64,000 nt of DNA from a virus: positions 3,023 through 67,022 of IMG/VR virus record IMGVR_UViG_3300019888_000004. One strand, given 5' to 3'. The stretch's first letter is position 1. The number at the start of each line of letters is the position of its first letter. This document shows positions 57,875 through 64,000 of this stretch, in pieces. Made by a program: the position numbers and the translations under genes. Under the pieces are notes generated by a model. That model had not been told where the DNA came from and did not search any database. It saw only the letters and a list, made by a program, of their open reading frames with translations.

Positions 57875-58996
57875 ATGATTCGCGCCGTGCGCATTTCTCT
57901 TTCCGAAGCGACCGCTTCCAAACAGCGCCGTCTTCAATCCGTTCTGAGGGAACTTCGCTCGGCTGCTAATTTCTACGCACGGTCAATCTGGAAAGAAAAA
58001 GGTAAATTGGATGCGGAGACACATGGGCGGTACAAAAACGGATCGCTTAACTATAGCCAGCGAAATGCGGCTCTGAAATTCGCTCTGGATTCAGTCATTT
58101 GCGCAAAGAGCTTTGGGAAACAATTAAATTGTCGCGTAAGATGCCCGGTATTCAGGAATGCGCTTCGCCTCTCAAAACTTGTTTGCAGAATAGAACAAGG
58201 TAAGGGCTGTTTCGATTATGTGATGAAGGTTACTTCAATGAGGCTGCGTGAACCCTTGGTTCTTCCATTCAAGTCGCACGAACGATTGAACTACTGGTTG
58301 GCGAAGGGTGGAAAGATTCTTGATGGAGCAATCATAAGCTCCACGATGGCGGCATGGATTTACGTCGAACTCCCGGACGAGCCTGCCAAAACCGAAGGGG
58401 ACATCGTTGGATTGGACACCGGCTATAAAAAGTTGCTCACCGACAGTAATGGCAACTTTTATGGGAGAGACATCGGCGACATTGTGCAGAAAATTCGGCG
58501 CAAGAAACCAGGATCAATCGCCAAGCGCAAGGCGCGGGTGGAGCGCCAAGATTACGTCAATTTCGTCTGCCGCCGTTTGCCGTGGCAGACCGTCAAAACT
58601 TTCGTCCTCGAAGACCTGACCGGAATGAAAGTCGGTAAAGGTAATCGAGGGAAACGAAACCGCAAGCTGCTCGCTCCCTGGAGCTATCGGCAGGTGAGAA
58701 CAAGGCTGGAACAACTCGCGCCGGAGAACCGTGTTCGTCTGGAATTCGTCAGCCCTAAATTCACTTCCCGAATATGCCCCTCGTGTGGGTGGGAGAGCGC
58801 GAAAAACAGGGTGGGAGAGAAGTTCTGCTGTCTGCGATGCAACTACACAGCCGACGCCGACTTTGTCGGAGCGCGGAACATTCTCGCAAAGTTCACTACC
58901 ACTGGAAACTGTCCGGAGCGTACGGTCCCGGTCGGAGATTGCGGAGAACTACTGTGCGGGAAGAAGAAGGAAGAACCTTATGCCCAAAACGCTTGA
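57875..58996 (+). CDS. tnpB: TnpB-family RNA-guided nuclease (no TnpA nearby)
   Basis: VGLDTG, VLEDL, TSRICPSCG...C..C, ADFVGARNI; leaderless TTGACC-N18-CATCGT promoter. Confidence 0.88.
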   Translation: MIRAVRISLSEATASKQRRLQSVLRELRSAANFYARSIWKEKGKLDAETHGRYKNGSLNYSQRNAALKFALDSVICAKSFGKQLNCRVRCPVFRNALRLSKLVCRIEQGKGCFDYVMKVTSMRLREPLVLPFKSHERLNYWLAKGGKILDGAIISSTMAAWIYVELPDEPAKTEGDIVGLDTGYKKLLTDSNGNFYGRDIGDIVQKIRRKKPGSIAKRKARVERQDYVNFVCRRLPWQTVKTFVLEDLTGMKVGKGNRGKRNRKLLAPWSYRQVRTRLEQLAPENRVRLEFVSPKFTSRICPSCGWESAKNRVGEKFCCLRCNYTADADFVGARNILAKFTTTGNCPERTVPVGDCGELLCGKKKEEPYAQNA

Positions 58997-60506
58997 TGTT
59001 TCATTCACGGAAACGAAAAGAGGGAAGAAGAAGGATGAGCCAACCGTTCCTGCAACCGTAGCGGTTCAGCCTGAGCCAACGCCGCCCGCGCCCACCGCCG
59101 AGGAACTCGAAGCGCGCCGGAACACTCTGCACAAATCGCTGTTTGGCTCTGATCTTCCCAAAGAGCCTGCCGCTCCAGTTGTTGCCGTCGCGCCGGTCGA
59201 GCCACCGCCCGAACCGCCAGCCGCCCCTGTCGTGGCTGCGCCCGCCGCCCCTGCGCCTGCGCCTGCGCCCGAACCAGTCCAACCCGCGCCAGCATCAAGA
59301 ACGGAGATCGAAACCGCCGCCCGCGCCGCCGCCAGGATGGTGATGGATGAAAAGCCAGCGGCACCGGCGCAACCTCCACCACCGACCGCGCAACCAGCGT
59401 TCGAGTTGTCGCCCGAGGACAAGGCCGACTACGAAGTCGTACAGTTTTTGGAACGCACCGAGCCAGACAAGCACGCCGGGGCAGGCCAGAGATTTCTCGA
59501 CTACACCAAGGCGCACTACGCTTATCAGGCCGAGTGGTCGGCCAACAACAGCAACGCGGAGTTTGATCCCAATTCATCCGAGCACGAGGCATGGTACAAG
59601 CGCCATGATCCCGGCCTTGACGCCGACGAGATTGATCGCGGGCGCATGACGATGCTGGCCGAACGCGCCGCGCTCAAGATCGTTCAACCGCAGATGGAGG
59701 CGATGAGCCGCGAGAAAACCGAACGCGAACAGCGCGAGGCGATGAATAAGGCCATGCCGACCGTGGTGGGGTATGTGCAGCAGCGCATCGTGGAATTTGT
59801 CAGCGCCGTGGATGAGACGCTGGCCGCGCACATCAAGGACGACAAAGGCAAGCCGCTGCTCACCGAGGAAGCCATCGCCAAAATTGACGCCGCCGATTCG
59901 ATTGCCAAGCGCGTGCTCGATGACGTGGTGCGTTATCAACTTGAGCCGATGGTGATGGCCCTGGAAATGACTACCGTGGAGAAGGGCGGCTTCAAGTTGA
60001 ATCCAGCAGTCAACCCGGCTCATCGTCAGATTGCCGATTACATTGACAAGGCCGAACGCGAAATGCTGGCCGCTCCAGCCGAGGTCCGCATTCAGAACGG
60101 GAAAGAGTTTGCGACCATCGCGCAGCTTCAGCGCATGAAGCAATCCATCGAATCCGGCGGCGGCACGCGAGAGGGTAAGGAGCAGCAAATTGCCCAGGTC
60201 AACGACCGTTATTACACGCTGGGCGTGGATGACATCGAAGCGATTATCGTCGAAGAATGCGCTCAGACCGCCCGCACGCGCATTGATTTCGACGATGGAG
60301 TGGCGAAACGCAAATATCCACAGGCCAACGGCGCTGGACAACCGGCAGCGCAATCGGCGCACGCCGCACCAGCAGTGCCGGCAAGTGGGAAGCCCAATTC
60401 GCCCACCATCAGTTCAGCCGGCGATACGGTAGTGCAACGGGACCGAAATGCGCCGACGATAAAAAAAGCAGGAGAACAGATGGAAAGCATGTTGTTCAAG
60501 CGGTAA
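58980..60506 (+). CDS. putative scaffolding protein
   Basis: P/A-rich N-terminus, acidic coiled coil, directly before the capsid gene. Confidence 0.6.
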   Translation: MPKTLDVSFTETKRGKKKDEPTVPATVAVQPEPTPPAPTAEELEARRNTLHKSLFGSDLPKEPAAPVVAVAPVEPPPEPPAAPVVAAPAAPAPAPAPEPVQPAPASRTEIETAARAAARMVMDEKPAAPAQPPPPTAQPAFELSPEDKADYEVVQFLERTEPDKHAGAGQRFLDYTKAHYAYQAEWSANNSNAEFDPNSSEHEAWYKRHDPGLDADEIDRGRMTMLAERAALKIVQPQMEAMSREKTEREQREAMNKAMPTVVGYVQQRIVEFVSAVDETLAAHIKDDKGKPLLTEEAIAKIDAADSIAKRVLDDVVRYQLEPMVMALEMTTVEKGGFKLNPAVNPAHRQIADYIDKAEREMLAAPAEVRIQNGKEFATIAQLQRMKQSIESGGGTREGKEQQIAQVNDRYYTLGVDDIEAIIVEECAQTARTRIDFDDGVAKRKYPQANGAGQPAAQSAHAAPAVPASGKPNSPTISSAGDTVVQRDRNAPTIKKAGEQMESMLFKR

Positions 60507-60558
60507 CGACTCTTGAGCCGAAACCTGTCGCAATCAAGCACAGGACGGCACAAGAGCC

Positions 60559-62469
60559 ATGCTACGAAACCAAATCAACTACGGGCTTGCCGCCCTGTTC
60601 GTCGTCTCACTTCTCGTCGGTCTTTATCCGCTTGCCGTAGTCTGCTTCCTGATCGCCTGCGCGATCAACAAGCCGATCCCTGGCCAGCTTAACATCTCGC
60701 CGTTCCAGGAATTGCCGTGTTCAACCGTCGTGCGCAACACCTACGACACGCACGGCACGATCACGCGCGCCAGTATCAACATGCTGACGCCAACGCAACT
60801 GGAGGCGTTGTTCTCGACGAACGGCCTTTTCAACGAGATGGACGACTGGTTTCGGACGAGCTTCGAGATGAAGGCGTGCGGAACACGGGTCAACAGCATG
60901 TATGACTGGCTCATGTCGTCCATGCGTTCCGACCTGAAAGGGTTGCTGTCGTACGAGAAGCTGGACCGCGGCCCGTCGTTGCTCAAACCGTTCATTATGG
61001 CCCGCCAGGATTCGGTGGTGAACATTGACACCTACTGGGTCGTCGTCAACGGCGTCGCCAAATCCGGTTACACGCCCGACACGCCGTCAACCGCTGTGGG
61101 GACAGTTGCCGCTGGCCCGCTTACGACCGCTGACGTGGCGCTCGGCGACGCGGGCGACCGCATCGTGCGCGTTGTGACCCGCTACGGCGTTGACCTCGAC
61201 GCCAAATGGTTTCTCACCCGGGACCGAATCCAGATTTTCGGCTTGTCCGGCGGCACGACTCTGCGCGGCCAATGGAAGGTCATGGCCTCGCAAGCCGACA
61301 CGTCGCTTTCCTACATTGACGTGCTGCTCAAGTCCGAGAACGCCGGTAGTATCACGCCGTTCGCCGCCGCGCCCACCGCCGGCGTCATCCTCGCGGGCAC
61401 GAACAATGTGAACGATTTCGAGGTGTTCTGCCTGAACCGGCCCGTCATCAACCCGCGCAAGCACGTTCCGTTCTGGTACAAGACCGACCGCCGCGCCCGC
61501 CGCGTGGACAGCGAGTATCGCAAGGTGATCGCCCGGCTCGCCGAAGGAAACCAGTACTTCGAGCAGTTCCAGAATCTTCCGCTCTCCGAATACAACCGGC
61601 AGGACGAAGAACTGTATCAGCGCCGATTCGTGAACGACTTCTTCTTCTCCAAAAAGATCAGCGCCAATCAAACGATGGCCAACTGGCAGTCGCTCGAACA
61701 GATTACGACCGTCACCGGTGCCACAGTTGATCCCGGACTGGGCGGCAAATTGATCGCTTACCGCGCCAACCCGGTCGGCATCATCGAACAGCTTCAAGCC
61801 TGCGGTCGCGTCAAGGACCTGCAAAATCACGCGCTCAACTGGTACGAGTTCCTCGACGAGAACTACCGCATCGCCCGCGCTCGCAAGAGCCAGGGGCGCA
61901 CGGTGGATACGCTCGACTGGTTCACCGACCAGCGCACGGCGGCCAACATCGAAACCGCCTTCTTCGCTTATCTCAAAGCCGAATACGGCGACATCGTGCG
62001 CGTCAACATCGAGACTGGATCGAACGAACTCGGCTTCTCGTGGAAAATCTTTTCCAACTTGAAGTACCCGGTCGGACTCAAGATGGCCATTGTCACCGCC
62101 GATTTCTTCGATGACATGGTGAATGCGTTCGACGCCGAATCAGTCGGCAGCGCCGGTCGCGTCCTGTGGTGCCTCGACATCGGAAAGCCCGGCCCCAAGG
62201 GCGGCACGATCTATCCGGGCATGATCCAGTCCAACGCCAAGACCACCACGCTGGGCGACCTACAGACACTCAGCCGGATTGACGCGACGTTCGCCTGCGT
62301 GATGGAGCACATCACGGAGGAAGTGAAGATGGCGAGCAACACTGTCACTTATTTATGCGAATGTCCGGGGCAAAGTTTGGCCATAAACGGAATCGCGGAT
62401 GCTGTGCCTTCGACCCTTGGTCGCAGTAATGATTTTTATAGCACCCCAAGTTACTCAGACCTTTACTGA
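60559..62469 (+). CDS. putative major capsid protein with hydrophobic N-terminal segment
   Basis: position after the scaffold, strong codon bias, followed by a terminator; GIIEQL...DWFTD pattern. Confidence 0.6.
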   Translation: MLRNQINYGLAALFVVSLLVGLYPLAVVCFLIACAINKPIPGQLNISPFQELPCSTVVRNTYDTHGTITRASINMLTPTQLEALFSTNGLFNEMDDWFRTSFEMKACGTRVNSMYDWLMSSMRSDLKGLLSYEKLDRGPSLLKPFIMARQDSVVNIDTYWVVVNGVAKSGYTPDTPSTAVGTVAAGPLTTADVALGDAGDRIVRVVTRYGVDLDAKWFLTRDRIQIFGLSGGTTLRGQWKVMASQADTSLSYIDVLLKSENAGSITPFAAAPTAGVILAGTNNVNDFEVFCLNRPVINPRKHVPFWYKTDRRARRVDSEYRKVIARLAEGNQYFEQFQNLPLSEYNRQDEELYQRRFVNDFFFSKKISANQTMANWQSLEQITTVTGATVDPGLGGKLIAYRANPVGIIEQLQACGRVKDLQNHALNWYEFLDENYRIARARKSQGRTVDTLDWFTDQRTAANIETAFFAYLKAEYGDIVRVNIETGSNELGFSWKIFSNLKYPVGLKMAIVTADFFDDMVNAFDAESVGSAGRVLWCLDIGKPGPKGGTIYPGMIQSNAKTTTLGDLQTLSRIDATFACVMEHITEEVKMASNTVTYLCECPGQSLAINGIADAVPSTLGRSNDFYSTPSYSDLY

Positions 62470-62492
62470 TCAACGACTTACGTAGATTGAAT

Positions 62493-62522
62493 CGCCCCGG
62501 AAAGTTCCGGGGCTTTTTTGTT
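62493..62522 (+). terminator. intrinsic terminator
   Basis: GCCCCGGAA-AG-TTCCGGGGC-TTTTTT. Confidence 0.85.
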
Positions 62523-62663
62523 GACGCAAAACCTCTTTGAGTCTTTGCTATTGGCGTGACTCGGATGCAGGAAACTGAAACCTCAAAGCCGCTGTTTGGC
62601 GTAGCTTCCATACTACTGCCTTCGAGTCACATTGTTGGCAACCAGACGGCGGCTTTGAGGTTT
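62521..62663 (+). ncRNA. promoter plus A-B-A'-B' leader, copy 6
   Basis: TTGACG at 62521; GTGACTCGGA/TTCGAGTCAC; AAACCTCAAAGCCGCTGTTTGG/CCAGACGGCGGCTTTGAGGTTT. Confidence 0.65.
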
Positions 62664-62675
62664 GAGGAAGCACTG

Positions 62676-63314
62676 ATGACAACTCCCGTTCAGTTAGAAC
62701 TCACCGCGCCGAAGTTTCCTGGGAGACAATGTAAACGGCCCGGGTGCGGGCAGATGTTCTACACCAGAAAGAAGTCGCAGCAATTCTGTTCGCCAGCGTG
62801 CCGCTATCTGTCGCTGCGAATCCCGATTGAGCAAAGATTCTGGCCGCAGTTGAAGATCGCAGACAACGGATGCTGGGAATGGACGGATCGCGCAATAGAC
62901 AAAGACGGTTACGGGCAGCTTCAATGGAACGGTGAACAAAGAGCGCATCGAGTAGCGTGGATAATCACCTTCGGTCCAATCCCAGACGGCAAATGGGTGC
63001 TTCATAGTTGCGACAATCGAAAATGCTGCAATCCGTTCCACCTTTTCCTCGGTGATGCCGCGGCCAATAACGCAGACATGCTCTCCAAAGGCAGGCAGAA
63101 ATACTTGTGCGGCGAGGAACGGCGCGAGGCGAAGCTGACGACTGAACAGGTCTTGGAAATCCGTCGTCTTCACGCCGAAGGAATGCAGCAACGGAAGATC
63201 GCGAAACTTTTCTGCGTCGGCTTCAAGGCAATTAACAAGATCGTTTTGCGCCAGCGATGGAAGCACATTCCCGAAGCCCAATCCAACAAACTCCCCGCCC
63301 CCGCAATCGCATGA
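62676..63314 (+). CDS. HNH homing endonuclease
   Basis: CWEWT...AHRVAW...VLHSCDNRKCCNPFHL; C-terminal HTH; paralog of 27376..27975. Confidence 0.9.
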   Translation: MTTPVQLELTAPKFPGRQCKRPGCGQMFYTRKKSQQFCSPACRYLSLRIPIEQRFWPQLKIADNGCWEWTDRAIDKDGYGQLQWNGEQRAHRVAWIITFGPIPDGKWVLHSCDNRKCCNPFHLFLGDAAANNADMLSKGRQKYLCGEERREAKLTTEQVLEIRRLHAEGMQQRKIAKLFCVGFKAINKIVLRQRWKHIPEAQSNKLPAPAIA

Positions 63315-64000
63315 GCGCCGTGCAGCCAATCCTCTGCGCCGGCCACTTTGGAGATTTGTGCATCATCCTCCCTCTGCTCAAATCCCGCTTCGACAAATCT
63401 GGCGTGCGTCAGCCCGTTATCGTTGGAAAAAAGTACTCCGCGATGTTGGAAGGCGTGTCTTACGTCGAGCCGGTGGTGTTTGACGGCGACTGGAAGCGCG
63501 GCGGTGACTCTGAAGTGAATCGTGCGGCGGCTGAGTTCGCGAAGTCGAAGTTCCCGGACTCGGAGATTGCGTTCGTGAATCCAGTCTTCGGCAAGAACGG
63601 CGAAGCAAAGCACACGGACAGTTTCGCGAAAGAACTCTGGCATCACGCCGGCACGCTCGAAGGCTGGTCCAAGCTGCCGCTCGTGTTCGACCGGCGCGAC
63701 CCGGAGCGTGAGGCGGAACTGGCGCGCAAGCTGGTGTTTGCCAAGCCGACGATCCTCGCGGCCTTGGACGGCATTTCGTCGCCGTTTATGAAAAAGCCGG
63801 AACTGCTGAAATCGCTTCGCGACCGATTCAAGCATTGGAAGGTGGTGGACATGGCGAGCGTGAAGGCGAAGAAGCCGTTCGACTTGCTGGGATTGTTCGA
63901 CCGCGCGGCGCTGCTCGTGACGATTGACACGATGCACCTGCAGCTGTCGCGCGCATCGGCTGTGCCGGTGGTCGCCCTGGCCCGCGATGTGCCGAGCAAA
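63311..64000 (+). CDS. GT9-like (heptosyltransferase-like) glycosyltransferase, truncated by the window end
   Basis: MSAVQPILCAGHFGDLCIILPLL...LLVTIDTMHLQLSRASAVPVVAL. Confidence 0.65.
   Translation, partial: MSAVQPILCAGHFGDLCIILPLLKSRFDKSGVRQPVIVGKKYSAMLEGVSYVEPVVFDGDWKRGGDSEVNRAAAEFAKSKFPDSEIAFVNPVFGKNGEAKHTDSFAKELWHHAGTLEGWSKLPLVFDRRDPEREAELARKLVFAKPTILAALDGISSPFMKKPELLKSLRDRFKHWKVVDMASVKAKKPFDLLGLFDRAALLVTIDTMHLQLSRASAVPVVALARDVPSK

Noticed and set aside
57875-59100. TnpB as a Cas12f CRISPR effector
   Set aside because: No repeat-spacer array or cas1/cas2 anywhere in the window
59160-59400. GCGCCT/CCCGCC tandem repeats
   Set aside because: They encode the Pro/Ala linker of the scaffold-like protein
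1-64000. Reverse-transcriptase systems (DGR/retron), alternative genetic code, tRNAs
   Set aside because: No YxDD RT ORF, no TR/VR pair seen, genes are intact under code 11, and no cloverleaf was recognised

Overview
The window looks like about 64 kb of a tailed dsDNA phage genome (no integrase, rRNA, tRNA or CRISPR array seen). The host is possibly Verrucomicrobiota/PVC, which is an inference from Thr/Asn-rich exported proteins and the style of the attC-like sites. From left to right: small late genes and putative ejection proteins, including a 5282-aa DarB-like polyvalent protein (2H phosphoesterase, N6-adenine methyltransferase, SNF2 helicase, HExxH peptidase) that hides two overprinted genes; a leftward early cluster with DUF3560; a non-coding GC-skew switch; two replication-initiator modules; nine HNH-type genes; recombination and exonuclease genes; a small array of integron-like attC cassettes; lysis genes, glycosyltransferases and signal-peptide-bearing tail or depolymerase genes; an intein-containing terminase divergent from portal, methylase, TnpB, scaffold and capsid. 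The most notable unexplained structure is regulatory: (i) six sequence-divergent promoter plus A-B-A'-B' RNA leaders (c4/CI-like antisense switches), mostly gating HNH genes; (ii) two operator plus ATGAATG dual-frame cassettes pairing a small basic peptide with an HNH gene; (iii) reverse-oriented attC gene cassettes in a phage. Family assignments come from motifs read by eye; no searches were run.
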